In this document: piece by piece, positions 1-13,670 of the stretch
Layout: each line of letters opens with the position of its first letter
How positions within the stretch are numbered: the first letter of the stretch is position 1
NCBI GenBank assembly: GCA_951406725.2
Contig: OX597814.1
Span: forward strand, 140,554,001-140,618,000
Length of the DNA stretch: 64,000 bases
Source of the DNA: Octopus vulgaris
Taxonomy: Eukaryota
Direction: 5' to 3'
Made by a program: the position numbers and the translations under genes
The notes under the pieces: model-generated
The model's input: the letters and a program-made list of their open reading frames with translations, nothing else
Databases searched by the model: none
What the model was told of the DNA's origin: nothing

Positions 1-1389
1 ATCTAGCTTGGCATTCTTACAGTTCTACCAATCCATCCCTTTCTCATGAGTGCATGCATGGCTGTGTAGTTAAGAAATTTGCTTCCAAACCTCATGGTTT
101 TGTGTCTCCTTGTCTGGACATTGCATAATCTTTGTAAATGAATGTCATTCATTTCCAATATTCTGTGGAAAAAATGTCTGACCATAGGGAAATATTACTT
201 TGCTTGGAAATAGGTAAGGGTTGGTGGCAGGAATGGCAATGCAGCCATAGAAAATATGCCTCAGTAAACCTTGCTTGACCCATGCAGGTATGGAAAATTG
301 GACATTAAAATGATGATGATGAATGAAATGAGATATAAGGAAAGCTTCTAGCAATGCAGGAAGTTTTAAAAGGCTTTATATTTCAGGCACAGAGGCCTGT
401 ATTCAGAAGAATACAGTCAAAGAAATAAGTATTTACATAAAGCTTGCCATTTTGGATAGTCTGGTGTTTGAGTTATCAGCAGCAGCAACTCCCCATATGT
501 TGGTGTAGGAGTTAGCAGCAGTAACTCCCGCTGTTCAAGAATTTGAACCTGGAGATCTCCATTTCCAGCAACTTCGAGGGCCACCTCCTAGTGGTGTCGG
601 GTGTCAACGAAGAATCCTCAACTACAACAAGACAACTAAAGTTTTTTTTTTTCGAAGGTCTGGGGTCTCCCGCCCCTAAGCCCTAGACTATCACCTAATC
701 ACCCTTACCCGTCTTGTTGCTTAACAACAACAACAGTAACTCCCTAGCTGTTTGGTGTAGTCAGTGTCAAAGAGGTTGTGTTGGGGACGGTGTGATGATG
801 TCACTCTGAATTGGTGCCTTTTTTTTCGTCCCCCCTCCCACTTCTGAAAGGATGAAAGGCAGAGATGACTTTGGCAAAACTGGGAATGCAGAGTGTTGGA
901 ACAAATATTTTGAGGTGTTCTATCCAATGTTCTAACAATCCTGCCAGTTCACAGTTTTAAGCAAGATTCTCAAAAAGCATGAGATTTCTGCTGATGTATG
1001 ATAGGTTGTTGGGTTACCTTCTTTGATGATGGGATACACTGCAATATATCTCTGGTGGTGGGTGGAGAGAGGGAGGGAAACAGATCCATATTTCTGATAA
1101 AACAGACTACATGGTAAAGCAGATGTATTTATTCTGCACATCTGTAATTTTCTCATATGTATATAAAATAAATTAAAATATTACTTGACACCCACTGCAA
1201 TTCAATACAATGTCATTGCATGCAATATGATATATTTGAGTTGCAGTAAAGCCATGAAAACTGTTTGGATTATTTAAATAGAATTTTCCAGTATATTTCA
1301 TCAGTTCTATCCAATCTCTGATTGGTCATAAGTCAGTCAACATAAATATAAAGCTTCTTGCTCGATTGTAACATATTGCACTTTGTTGT

Positions 1390-1783
1390 TGGTTAGCTCT
1401 GGATTAGCTCAGATCAAGATGACTTATGATCAAAGCCAATCCAGCTGTGGCCATCCCATGCTATCATTTTCCTATGTGCTAAGAACCCAGGACCACATTA
1501 TCCAACATATCTTTGTCTAAGGTGTGAGGGATATTAGGCTGCTACTTCAAGCATATCAAGCTGCCACCTGGAAGCTCCCTATCATTGTTTAGCTCTGGGT
1601 TAGCTCAGATCAAGTTGACTTTTGATCAAAAGCAGTCCAGCTGTGACCATCCCATACCATCTTTTACCTATGTGCTAAGAACCCAGGACCACATTATCCA
1701 ACATATCTTTGTCTAAGGTGTGAGGGATAGCTGGCTGTTATTTCTAGCATATCAAGCTACCACATAGAAGCTCCCTATCATTG
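1390..1783. repeat. Tandem duplication, two ~196-bp units
   Basis: ttagctctgg at 1393 and 1589; identical core ctatgtgctaagaacccaggaccacattatccaacatatctttgtctaaggtgtgaggg. Confidence 0.9.
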
Positions 1784-2199
1784 GTTCATGTTGCATTTGA
1801 TATATGAGAATGGTGTGTCAAAGTCCCAGTTACTGCTCCGTTTCACTCTAGAGAATTAGCAGGGGAATACTTACATCTGCTGTTTAATTCGTGAACATAG
1901 TAACTGAAGCTTGGCAATCAAATATCCCTGCACATATAGTGCCTCGAGAAAGGATGTGTGTTCTTGATTTAGAATCTCAGATCCTATTTCTTTGATTTAG
2001 ATAATACTAATAATGATAGTACTTGATATTGGATACAGCATAAATAATGGCTAAATGATACAAGAAATTAGTTTTATAACTGCAGGAAATAGTAAATTTT
2101 CTTGTTGGTCATTCATTTTCTGGACTATCCTTTGTTGTTTAACAATATGTTACTCAGCATTTGCTATGGTTTGACAATTTTATTTTGTTAGCATCATTA

Positions 2200-2730
2200 C
2201 ATCATCATCATCATCGTTTAACGTCCGCTTTCCGCGCTAGCACGGGTTGGACGGTTCGACCGGGGTCTGGGGAGCCAGGGGCTGCCCCAGGCTCCAGTCT
2301 GATCTGGCAGTGTTTCTACAGCTGGATGCCCTTCCTAACGCCAACCACTCCGCGAGTGTAGTGGGTGCTTTTTACGTGCCACCTGCACAGGTGCCAGAGG
2401 GGTCTGGCATCGGCCACGATCAGTTGGTGCTTTTTTTTTTTTTTTTTATTTTTTTTGTGCTACCGGCACAGAAGCCAGTCAAGGCGGTGCTGGCATCGCT
2501 CACGTTCAGATGGTGCTTTTTATGTGCCACCGGCACAGAAGCCATTCGAGGCGGGGTTGGCATCGGTCACGTTCGGATGGTGCTTTTTATGTGCCACCGG
2601 CACAGAAGCCAGTGGAGGCTGCACTGGCAACGGCCACGTCCGGATGGTGCTTTTTATGTGTCACCGGCACAGGTATCACAACTACTGTTTCCATTGATAT
2701 TTGGTTCGATATTCATGTGCCACCGGCACG
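2200..2730 (-). mobile_element. SINE/LINE-tail repeat with (GAT)n tail and internal ~60-bp tandem array
   Basis: catcatcatcgtttaacgtccgctttcc end; repeated unit gtgctttttatgtgccaccggcacagaagcc...; relatives near 5070-5310, 7020-7210, 14490-14810; short tail-only copies at 31962-32005 and 38022-38075. Confidence 0.8.
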
Positions 2731-3602
2731 AATTTAATCTGTAAGCTAACCCTACTAGTGCTGGTACCACAAAAAAAAAAAAAAAAAGAAGCATTCTGTA
2801 AAACGCAGTTAGCTGGAAGTAAAGAAAAGAAAAGTTCTTTCTCACACAGGGCTGGTTTCCATGGCATATATAAATTCCCCACTTGGATGGGCTACTGGTC
2901 AGTTGCAGGATTATTAATTTCTGCCAGCTGAGTGAACTGGAGCAACGTGAAATGAAGTGTTTTGCTCAAGAATACAATATGTCACCTGGTCCAGGAATTG
3001 AAACCACTATCTTACTATCATGAGTCTAACACTCTAACCACTAAGCTATGTGCCTCCACAAGCTGGAAGAATTGTTAGAATGTCAGACAAAATGCTCAAC
3101 AGTATTTCTTCCAGTTTTTTGCATTCTGAGTTCAAATTCTGCCAGAGTTTCTTTCCATCCCTTCGGGGTCGGTAAAACAAAGTATCAGTCAAGTACTAAA
3201 GCTGATGCAATCAACTTGCTTCCCCGCTGCACAAAATTGCTGGCCTTGATACCCTGCAACTGACCAGCATTCCATTCTGGGGGAATATTGTGATGGGTCT
3301 CAGTCACTTATGCACCATGGAAACATGGTCACTGATCTTACGAATTCTAGGGTTTGAGAAAAAAAATAAATGGGGGGAAAAAAAAACACTCTAAAGTGGT
3401 TAGTGTTAGGAAGGGCTGGTTCGAGAAACCATTCCATAACTGAGATTGGAACACAACGTGGTCCTCCAACTCATGCTGACATTGAAGGCCAATGTAAAAT
3501 GCTGATGTTGCAGTTGTAATATTTTTTAAAAAATTCAAGTTGATATATGGTTGTGTTGGTATTTTGTCATATTTAGAAAATATTTCTGTTTTTATTGTCT
3601 AG

Positions 3603-3755
3603 ATCTGAACATTCCGAAAAAATTCCTCCTGTAGTTGTTGAGGTAATACCGTCCAAAGTTTCAACTGAACAAGCCTCTTCTGAATCAACTATGACAGTGA
3701 GCAGTCCAGAGTCTACAGCAGACAGCACAAAACAAACAGAAGAAACAGAAGCAAG
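3603..3755 (+). CDS. SUCO: SUCO exon (N-terminal acidic/Ser-Thr region, SEHSEKIPP...ETEAR)
   Basis: tctag acceptor, AG|gtaag donor, 153 nt open, phase 2 matches next exon; no conserved motif. Confidence 0.75.
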
Positions 3756-3923
3756 GTAAGCCAACATTTATTTTATTGTTGTTACTCGGCAATGGTTGAT
3801 TGTGCTGGACCAACCTTGCTCTTTGTCACATGCATGCACATGCAAATGAAGCCTTCATTAATGATCAAACAACTTGTTAAATGTTATGGGACATAGAAAT
3901 TTTGATTTTAACTTATTTCTCTA

Positions 3924-3925
<2 letters not shown>

Positions 3926-3970
<45 letters not shown>
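3926..3970. repeat. (CT)n microsatellite at the head of a ~500-bp pyrimidine-rich tract
   Basis: seen directly. Confidence 0.9.
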
Positions 3971-3973
<3 letters not shown>

Positions 3974-6250
3974 GTCTTTCCTTCTCTTCCTCCCCCACTC
4001 TCAAGAGGCTTCATTTGTTATGTTCTCTTTCTTTTCTCCCATCCTGTGCGTCATTTTTCTCTCACTGTTCTCTCCCCTCAGGCCTGCCCACATGACCCCT
4101 CCCATGTCTTTTCCCCCCTTCAATGACTCCAGATTTCATACCAACCTTCTTTGTTTCTACCTTTCTCATTCTCTTTTTCCTACATTGTTCATTCATACCT
4201 GTCCTTATAATGTAGGATAACCCTAGACGCACCCTATACCAGCCAGCTTATCACCTGTTTGCCCTGCCCCTTTCTTTCTCACTAACGTCTGACTTCTATA
4301 TCCCCAATAACACATTCCCTCTTACTCTTTTCACTACCACCCTCTCACAACTATAAATCTGTTCCTCTCATTGTATTTATCCCCTCTCCTCACCCTGTCT
4401 AGAATCATTTCACTCTCTCTCTTCTATCCTCTTTTGCTTGTAGACACCACTTTTAGCCTCTAACAAGTCTTGCAAATTATAAGGCAACCATGAAAAAAGC
4501 AGCCAGTACACTCTGTAAAGTGGTTGGCATCAGGAAGGGCATCTGATGGAATTCTGCTTTAAGTACCCCAATATAAGCCCTCATAACTCATTTTTTGGAC
4601 ATCTCAAGACCACCTCATACCTTCCTCATTTGTTTGTCAGTCTGACATGTTAATGTTTTTCAATATCTTTCTCCTCATAAACACATTTAACAGTTTATTG
4701 CTGGGATTTAAGCCAAAAATTTGGATTGCCTGTATTTTAAACTGTGATCTTAAAAAAGTTTGAAAAATTATCCAAAAAATTTTTCAATAAAATTTTTCAG
4801 AAATTATTAAAAAAAATTTTTTTCATAGTTGCGAGAAATTCTCATGTAGAATACAAATTCACAAAAATTTTCTGAAAATTTCAAGAAATTAAAGTTATGA
4901 GGGCATGCTTAAAGCAGAATTCCGCCAGGCATCTAGCTACAGAAACCATACCAAAATAGACACTGGCATATGATGCTGTCCTCTGACTCAGATCCTGTTG
5001 AACCGTCCCACTCATACCAACATAGAAGATGAGCTTTAAATACTGATGATGATACACACACACACACAATCTGTGCTGGTGCCATGTAAAAAGCACTTAT
5101 GTAAGTGCCATGTAGAAGCACTTGTGTGGTGTCACGTAAAAGCACCCAACACACTCTGTAAAGTGGTTGGCGTTAGGAAAGACATCCAGCCGTAGAAACC
5201 ATGCCAAATCAGACTGGAGCCTGGTGCAGCTCTCCTACTTGCCAGCTCAGGTCAAACCATTTAACCCATTCTAACATGGACAATGGACATTAGATGATAA
5301 TGATGATGACATCAAGCTTCTGGACAGTCTTTATCTACCAAATTCCATCAACAGTATATTAGTCAGTCCAAGACTCTTGTACCAGCAGGTATAGAAAGGA
5401 TTTTGCTATTTTGGATGGTACTGTATTGCTGTAGCTTATCTCTTCACTAATGTGACTTTGAACTGGAAGTGGTACTGATTATCAGTTAATGAGATGAAAG
5501 GCAAACTTAGTACAGTGGCTTGTGGGGGTTTAGGTGAGGAGAAGAGAGAAAGGTTGCAATGGTTTTCCCATGCTGTCATGGGTTGAACAAAACTTATTGA
5601 GTTAGTATTCTGTGGGCAGATGCTCTTACTGATGTTGATCTTTATTTGTTTTTTAAGTAAGGTGTTTTTATTCCACTGGCCTGCAGATATTGTTTGATTG
5701 GCACTCTGTTGGTTTCCAGTTGGTTTAATCAATGGAATGTCTTGTTTGTTAAACTCACATGCAAGTAGCTGAGCACTCCACAGACACATGTACCCTTAAC
5801 ATAGCTCTCAGGGAGATTCAGCGTGACACAGAATGAGACAATACAGGTACTACTCATTTTTGCTAGCTGAGTGGACTGGAGCAACTTGAAATAAAGTGTC
5901 TTGCTCAAGGAAAGAACTGTCCTTTTGAATCAAACTCATGACTGGATAATTGAGAGCTGAATAGCCTAACCACTTAGCTACCTACCTTTACATTGTTTAT
6001 GGGAAACATAAACATCTGTTACTATTTTTTGCCCATATGGTTACTATATGAAGAGAGACAGAAATACATATGCGGTTCCATACAGTTTCCATCTATTATG
6101 ACTTCAGTTTAGCAGATTTAACACCAGTCATTATATTTCTCATTAATTAATATTTCTGAAGACCAACTGCATGTTTTAATTTAGCCTATTTTTAAAGTTG
6201 TGTGTAATATATAATAAAGAGATGTTAACAATAGGCTTGTTATGTTTCAG

Positions 6251-6480
6251 GTATGAGGAACTTCACCCTAATGTAGAAGAAATTTCTATAGAGACTGCTG
6301 AAAAAGATCCATCTTTTGATGATGCTTCAGTAATATCTGATACAACAACTCAGACTGATAAAATTGAGAACAAGGATAGTTTAGAAAAGGGAGCAAATGA
6401 TGAAGAAACAGCTGAAGAGTTTCCATCCTATTCAGAATGGACCAAAAAAGTTCTTGCAGAAGAAAAAAATAAGCAGGACG
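6251..6480 (+). CDS. SUCO: SUCO exon (YEELHPNV...FPSYSEWTKKVLAEEK)
   Basis: ttcag acceptor, gtaag donor; PSYSEWTKKVL resembles the SUCO pre-SUN motif (PTFDEWKKKVM-like). Confidence 0.9.
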
Positions 6481-6606
6481 GTAAGAGTGATTATAGTCAT
6501 GCACTATTTAGCTATAACTTTGAACTGTTATTTATTTTGACATGCTTGAGTTTATATTAATGTAATAGACAAGTACTTCATACTGGGTTCTGTTATGTTA
6601 TTGCAG

Positions 6607-6781
6607 ATCAGGGACAGACCAGCAGTAATTTGCCTCAGAAGCAGAAGATGCGTAACAACTATGCATCTGCCGACTGTGGGGCTAAAGTAGTGCTTGCCAA
6701 TCCTGAAGCTGAAAATATTAAATATATCCTGAATAGTAACCCTGATGAGTACATGATCAATCCCTGTCAGTCTAAGAAATG
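6607..6781 (+). CDS. SUCO: SUCO exon, start of SUN domain
   Basis: NNYASADCGAKVVLANPEAENIKYILNSNPDEYMINPCQSKKW; tgcag / gtatgt. Confidence 0.96.
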
Positions 6782-8407
6782 GTATGTGAAAATTTTAATA
6801 TTTTAACATTCACTTGCTTGCATTTTAACTTTCTTTTTCTGTACTCCTTGTTATTTCAGCTCTTTTTTTTTTCTCCCTCATATTAAACTCCCTGGAAGAC
6901 ATGGGGCAAAGTGGTGAAGCATGATCTTTGAATGTTGGGTCTCCCAGAGATGACATGTGATCAAGACCTTTTGCAGCTTGCTGTGCTTGAGAAGACTCAT
7001 CAAGCCAAGTGAAATTGTAGTCATGGCCGGTGCCGGTAACATGTAAAAGGCACCCACTACACTCTTGGAGTGGTTGACATTAGGAAGGGCATCCAACCAT
7101 AGAAACCAAGCCAAATCAGACTGGAACCTAGTACAGCTCTCCAGCTTACCAGTTCCAGTCAAACTGTCTAACCCAAACCAGCATGGAAAGCAAATGCTAA
7201 ATGATGATAAACTGGTTCAATGGATATCTTCCCATAACGAAATTATAATCACACATATCAGAACTTTACTGTAAATCAGTTTTTCAAGGTTTTTCCATCT
7301 GACTAATTACCTCACAATTCTGGGATTCACTAATCCAACAGCTTTGATGGTTTAAGACAGTAATCTGTTCACGTTTGTTTCTGTTGTAGCTTAGTAGAAT
7401 TGTGCCACAAGACTAGCACGTTCGTCATAAAGGAGTCCAGTTGCTCTGAACTTGGTTTATGCTGATGCAACTTTGTATCAGTATGAATAATACAGTACAA
7501 TATCACAATATCTTTTACTTGTTTCAGTCATTGGACTGTGGCCATGCTGGGACACTGTGTTGAAGGTTTTTAGTTATTGAATCAACTCCAGTACTTATGT
7601 TGATTTAAAGTCTGATACTTATTCTGTATTCTCTTCTGCTGAACTGCTAAGTTACAGGGACAAACCAACACTGATTGTCAAGCAGGGGAGGAAGGCAAAC
7701 AGACATGAAGGTGCACACACATAGACATATATTTGTGTGTGTGTGTGTTTATTAAGGGCTTCTACACAGTTTCCATCTGATAAATTCACTCTCAAGGCTT
7801 TGGTTGGCTGGGGTTGTAGAAGACATTTCTCCAAGGTGCTGTGCAGTGAGACTGAACCCAAAACCCAAAGTGAGCCATGCATAGTTTTGCCATTTTTTAT
7901 ATTAAGGTTTACTGATTTTGAAAATCTGCAACTCTGGCCCCTGTCTTGTCCCAAGCTTGCCAGATTAGTGAAGTTCAACTTGTATTAGTTTCTCTCTCAA
8001 TATTTCAACATCTTATGCTCACTGGAAAAATCTATCTTATAAGAGCATTTATCTTTAACAAGGAGCTATTGCTACATGAAAAGCATCCAGAACTTTCTGT
8101 AAAGTAGTTGATGTTAGGAAGGGCATCCAGCCACCGAAACCATACCAAAGCAAACATTGGAGCATGATACTCTCCTTGGCCTGACCCATCAGATCTTGTC
8201 GGCCCTTCAGATCCTGTCAACCCATCAGCTCCTGTCGACCCATCTAATCCATGCCAGCACAGAACATAGACTTTAAATGATGATGAATTTTCCAGTTTCA
8301 TACCAGTCCCAATTGAATTTTCTTGTAATATTTAAGCCTGTCTCTACAACACCATTTTGAGTCTCCCTAGTACCATATTGCACTAAGCAGCTTATAACCT
8401 ATATTAA

Positions 8408-8830
8408 CCCTTTAGCATTTAAATTGGCCATATCCAGCCAATATATTCTATTCTGATCAGTTCTTTCACACCGACCCTACAATATCTATTTCTTTACTAC
8501 CCACAAGGGGCTAAACACAGAGGGACAAACGGATTGTCGATTACATCGACCCCAGTGTGTAACTGGTACTTAATTTATCGACCCCGAAAGGATGAAAGGC
8601 AAAGTCGACCTTGGCGGAATTTGAACTCAGAACGTAACAGCAGACGAAATACCGCTAAGCATTTCGCCCGTCACGTTAATGTTTCTGCCAGCTTGCCACC
8701 TTACAATATCATTCTAAAAATTAAGTTACTTCATCAAAATCACAAAGCTAAAAGATAATTGCATGAATAATTCAAAACGATTTGAATAAATAAGCATTAC
8801 TTTTGATAGAACAATGTGAATGCTAAAGGA
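8408..8830 (+). mobile_element. piggyBac MITE interrupted by a SINE
   Basis: ttaa-ccctttagcatt ... gaatgctaaagg; same body as 37720. Confidence 0.8.
8487..8701 (-). mobile_element. tRNA-derived SINE (family with ggcggcgagctggcagaa head)
   Basis: A/B-box-like head with gagttcaaattcc; TSD tacaatatc at 8478-8486 and 8702-8710. Confidence 0.85.
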
Positions 8831-9333
8831 CTGATATTAACTGTCTAGCATAGCAAATGAAGCAATGTCACCATGCTGACTTGATTAGTCAGCTGCTGGA
8901 AGTAGTCTAAAAACATAATTTAGAAATTTTTATAGTATTTTTATAATGTTTTATAATGTTAGTTCAGTCATTTGAAATTGCCTGCTGTGTCCGACATTCA
9001 TGTAATAGCAGCAGCTGTATTGGAATATTTGATCTCCAGTATAATTTGTCTGTGAGTGAGTGAAACAAAGTTAAGTATCTAAATAGTGGGGCAATGTGAA
9101 TGTCAAACAATACAGCTTTGAATTATATTTCTTTCAATATTTAGTTTCATCATACCTTGATTAGCTACTGCACCATTACAAGTTAAACTGTTTCTATTAA
9201 AACTGATCTTCAGTAAATAAAAAAAAAAAAATGAATTGGCAAGTTGATCACAATATGGTTAGACTCAAGGAAAAGACTTGTTCTATGCTGTAATAGATAA
9301 GTGTATGTAAAGTTCAGACATCTAAGGTTATTA

Positions 9334-9645
9334 TTACTTCTGCCTTCACTAAGGCAAAGGTATTGTTTTCAGTCATGTTTGTTTGTTTGCTTGGACAATA
9401 TAGATCAAGAACCACTGGATGGATTCAGATGAAACTTTCAGGGATGTTTGTCCTTGTGGCTGGCATGAACTGATTAGATTTTGGGGTCGATCCAGTACCG
9501 GACAAGGATTCTGGATTATTTGTTACTTTACTTTACCTGAAGTGTTACGAGATATTCTCATTTTAAAAATCATTTCCAACTAATCGTTGAGAGGACGTTG
9601 GTATTGCTTTGGCAGAGGTTTGCGCTCTCTGAGTGCTCTTGCTGT
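9334..9645 (+). mobile_element. Helentron-associated (HINE/DINE-1-like) element
   Basis: subTIRs acttctgcc / ggcagaggt, 5' partial inverted repeat, (GTTT)n, 3' hairpin gcgctc-tct-gagtgc, T-rich ends. Confidence 0.75.
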
Positions 9646-10629
9646 TATTATTATTATTATTCTAAATGTATGACAGCCAACTGGTTGAATTTTCCTTTAG
9701 GTGCAGACATGGCTTTTTGGTAAGAAGCTGGTTCTAGATTCAGTCCTAAGTAATTTGCATTATAGTCCTGTGAGTGGATCTGTTAAATGGAAACTGTAAG
9801 AAGCCTTTTGTTTGTATGTGTGTGTTTTACAATCTGTGAAGTTGTAAACAAGTGTCATCACCATGCAAGTGGGTGTCCTTCATTTCTAACCTTCCATGAA
9901 AGCATGTCTGATTATGAGGAAATATTACCTTACTTGGAAACAGATGCAGGTTAGCAACAGGAAGTGTATCCAGTTGCAGAAAATCCATCTCAACAAATTC
10001 TGCCAACCCATGCAAGCATAGAAAAGTGGCCATTAAAATGATGATGACACACATTAAAGGATGAACTCTTTTGACTAACATTGAGATAATATCCATATTT
10101 GTGGCAACTGAGACCATATGATCTACAATTGCTTTCTCAAAATTTTAATGGAAGATTAACAACAAAACGCTTGTCAAATATACAATCCTTCTGCTTTACA
10201 ATAATAAAGTGTACTTCCTCATTGTACTTATCTAAATTTAGATAGGATGGGCCATTGAGTATTATGTTTTTTACTTAAAATACTACCCAGTACCAGTGTC
10301 AGGATGTAAGTTCTCATTTCAACCAGAAAACTGACACTTTATTAACTTACTCAACTTTCTATCTTATTCAATACACTGTTTGTTTGTTTGTTTGTTGTTA
10401 TTTTTTTTGTCTTTTTTTTTTTTAAATAAGGTGGCCAACTAGTTGAATCCTTAGTGTGTCATTGGACAAAATAACAGCAGTTCTTCTGGTTTGTTACATT
10501 TGAAAGTTCAAATCCTGCCTTCCAGGGTCAATGAAATAAAGTACCAGTCAAGTAATTGGGTTTCCCCTTCCCTTCAAAATTGCTAGCTTTGTATTAATAT
10601 TAGAAAGAATGATTTATTTGAAAGGGCCA

Positions 10630-11310
10630 AATGATGTTCAGGAAGCTCGTTATTTTTCTGTGAACAACAAAGGGTTTCTCTCACACTACAGAGAGTAAAG
10701 TGTATGAAGCATGTGTGATGATACATGGTAATGAAATAGGAACATTTTAATGCATATCTACAAAAGCTAGAGTGAAATAGGTTGGGTATGATTTGTTAGA
10801 TGTATAATGGGGTACATGGTGAATATGCACCAAGACATGAGTGCTGGAATGTGAGTAGGATGACTGGTATTTACTTTGATATAAGTTGTAATTAAAGCAA
10901 AGCTAGACAAGACATTATGTACCTGTCACTTTGGTGGCTCCATTCTGTATTGTTATTTGCAAGTAAGGTGTGGGCTACTACAAAATGGGAAGAACATCAT
11001 TTGGCTTGGAATATCATTATCCGAAATGAGGTCATTGGAGAATGGAGCATAGTGAACGACAGGATTGCAGAATACTGAAAGCAAAAGCTTGTAAGGTTCA
11101 TAGACAACAGGAAGACCTATACAGCTGCTGAGTGGTATCCAAGATACCAGAAAAGGCCATATTGATGGCCTCGACAATAATGAGAAGGTAATTTAGTTAA
11201 ACTATTCGGGGCCCAGATGGAAAAGAAGTGTGCAATCAAAAAAGAACTGGAAGCCTATTGTAATAAGTGATGTGCAACAACATCCAATAGTTCAGTCAAT
11301 ACAGGTGATA
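10630..11310 (+). mobile_element. Degraded RTE LINE fragments
   Basis: remnants KVYEACV, ASKVWATTK, IRNEVI, EWYPRYQKRP; boundaries approximate. Confidence 0.6.
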
Positions 11311-11428
11311 ATGTTAATGCTCTTAAAAAGGAAGAGCATGAGGGAACTGAGAGGGATTTGACATTTAAAAATTGTGATGATATTTAATAGTAACAGTAAT
11401 GTATTTTGTTGTTTTCTTGTCTTTCCAG

Positions 11429-11536
11429 GTTCATTGTTGAGCTATGTGAATCCATACAAATAAAGAATATTGAAACAGCCAGTCTAGAATTGTTTTCATC
11501 CCGTCCAAAGACCTTCCGAATCTCAGTTAGTGATAG
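11429..11536 (+). CDS. SUCO: SUCO exon, SUN domain
   Basis: FIVELCESIQIKNIETASLELFSSRPKTFRISVSDR; tccag / gtaggt. Confidence 0.96.
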
Positions 11537-11599
11537 GTAGGTATTCGAGCTTGGTTATCAATATGGCATCATTTTGGAACAATGCGCACGCACACAAAC

Positions 11600-11610
11600 A
11601 CACACACACA

Positions 11611-11665
<55 letters not shown>

Positions 11666-11722
11666 ACTCACTCACTCACCCACTCACCCACTCACTCACT
11701 CACTCACTCACTCACTCACTCA
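11600..11722. repeat. Compound microsatellite (CA)n(CT)n(CACT)n
   Basis: seen directly. Confidence 0.95.
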
Positions 11723-13457
11723 TATACATACTTGATCTAAAAAGTATTGGTGCCATTTAAAAAAAGTACCCACTACACTCTGTAAAGTGGTTGGAAGGGT
11801 GTCCAGCTGTAAAAACCAAGCCAAAACAGATTATGGAACCTGGTGCGACCCCTGTCAAGCCGTTCAATCCATGCCAGCATAGAAAGCAAACATTAAATGT
11901 TGATGATGACGATGACAACGAGTAGTAGCAGTAGTAGGAGGAGGTTGGCAGAATCCTTAAAAGTATTGGTTAGAATGCATTTTGGTATTTCATTACAGCT
12001 CTTTAATTTCCGAATTCAAACCTCACTACAGTCAACATTGCTTTGCCTTTTATCTCACAGGATATCAATCAAATATTGGGATTGATCTAATTGTCTATAA
12101 TATCCCCTCCTCAAAATTAAATATTGTGCCACTGTTGAAGATCAACAATAATTATAATAGTAAATATATTTCCTGTTGGTCTGTATGTGGGTATAAAGGG
12201 ATTGGAGAAGTTCAGGAAGTTATAATATCTGTTCTAAACAAAGGGATTTCTGTATGTACCATATTTCAACAGTGGCATTTCAAGTACTTCTTTCCTTTCT
12301 GTGTGCCCACTACTTTAGTTTTGAAGCCTTTAATGATGTTGGTAATGTTGGGTGTACTTCTCAAGTTTTCTAATTTTATTATAAACATCTTGCAGAATTT
12401 GTGGTTCTGTAAGAATGTTTCTTTATTTGAGAGGAAGACTTTAACATTCATACCTACATAGTGGATAAAATCTGAAGTTCCTCTTTCAGTTGTTTATTGA
12501 ATGACCAATTCTTTGTTGTTGTTTAGTCTCAGGTCAGTCCTGAACCAGTAAATCTTTGATTAAAAACATCCTAGCTCTGATCATCTTGCATTTTATTCAG
12601 CCATGGTTTAGCTAGAACTACATGATCTCATGTGTCTTTTTTTTCTGCAAATGGCACCTGTGCTGGTGGCATATAAAGTGGTTGGTGTAAGGAAGGGCAT
12701 CCAGCCATAGAAAACCATGCCATGTCAACCTGGAGTTCGGTGCAGCCTTCCAGCGTGCCAGTCTGGTCAAACCTTCCAACCCATGCCAGCATGGACAATG
12801 GGCAGTAAATGAGGATGATAATGAGTAGGTTGTGATTTGAAGGAGATTTTGTTGTTATTCTTAGTTAGTTGAATGACCACATAGAGGCTCCTTCACCTTG
12901 GTGATTTGGATGGGTGTAGAATCTTTAAGTCTGAAATACCTAGATTTGAGCACCTCCTTAGAGTACTTCTGTTATCAACCAAGAGCAGCAACCAAATCTC
13001 CTTCAAATTACTTCCTACTGTCTTGAAAAGAACCCCCTGAAAAAACATAGGACAGGCTAGATGATGTAGTCCTAGATATGAATTGCCCCCCCAAAGTAAA
13101 ATGGTCATGGCTGGAATGCATTTCAGTGATAGGCCTATTTAATCAGAGCTGACTTATGGCTAACTAACAGTAACAACAAACAGCAACTGCTTCTGGTCAT
13201 CAGCTATTGTCAGATTCCACTTTAGTGATTTAATAATGTATAGAAAATACTGCTAAAGTGACCAAATGCCATTTCCTGTTGTCAACTTGTTTCCAAGTAA
13301 AGTAAATATTTCCTCATGGCTGGACATGTTTTCAGGGAAGATTGAAGATGAACAACCTTATTTGTAAGACAGTTATGCTCATTTACAACTATTGCCTGGT
13401 TCAGAGACACACACACAAAACACACATGCACATATATATTAATATTACAAAGCTTAG

Positions 13458-13670
13458 AAGCAGCGACTTGGCAGAATCATTAGCAACTCCAGGAAAAATG
13501 TTTAGTTGCATTTTGTCTCTCTTTACATTCTGAGCTCAAATTCCACCGAGGTCAACTTTGCCCTTCATCCTTTCAGGATCAATAAAATAAGTACCAGTTG
13601 AGTACTGAGGTTGATGTAATCAAACTATCCCCTCCCCTGAACTTGCTGGCCTTATGCCAAAATTTGAAAT
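13458..13670 (+). mobile_element. SINE, same head as 8487 with a different tail
   Basis: ttggcagaatcattagc...gagctcaaattccaccgaggtcaactttgc...cttgctggccttatgccaaaatttgaaa. Confidence 0.8.

Noticed and set aside
460-720. Higher-GC patch that might be an upstream SUCO exon or telomere-like repeat
   Set aside because: No convincing acceptor/donor pair in phase; the ccctaa-like words are too degenerate
2161-2931. Cluster of overlapping ORFs up to 165 aa
   Set aside because: They arise from the SINE-internal tandem array; repetitive translation with no domain
11982-12461. 159-aa ORF in a SUCO intron
   Set aside because: Starts in a SINE, T-rich composition, no motif or splice support
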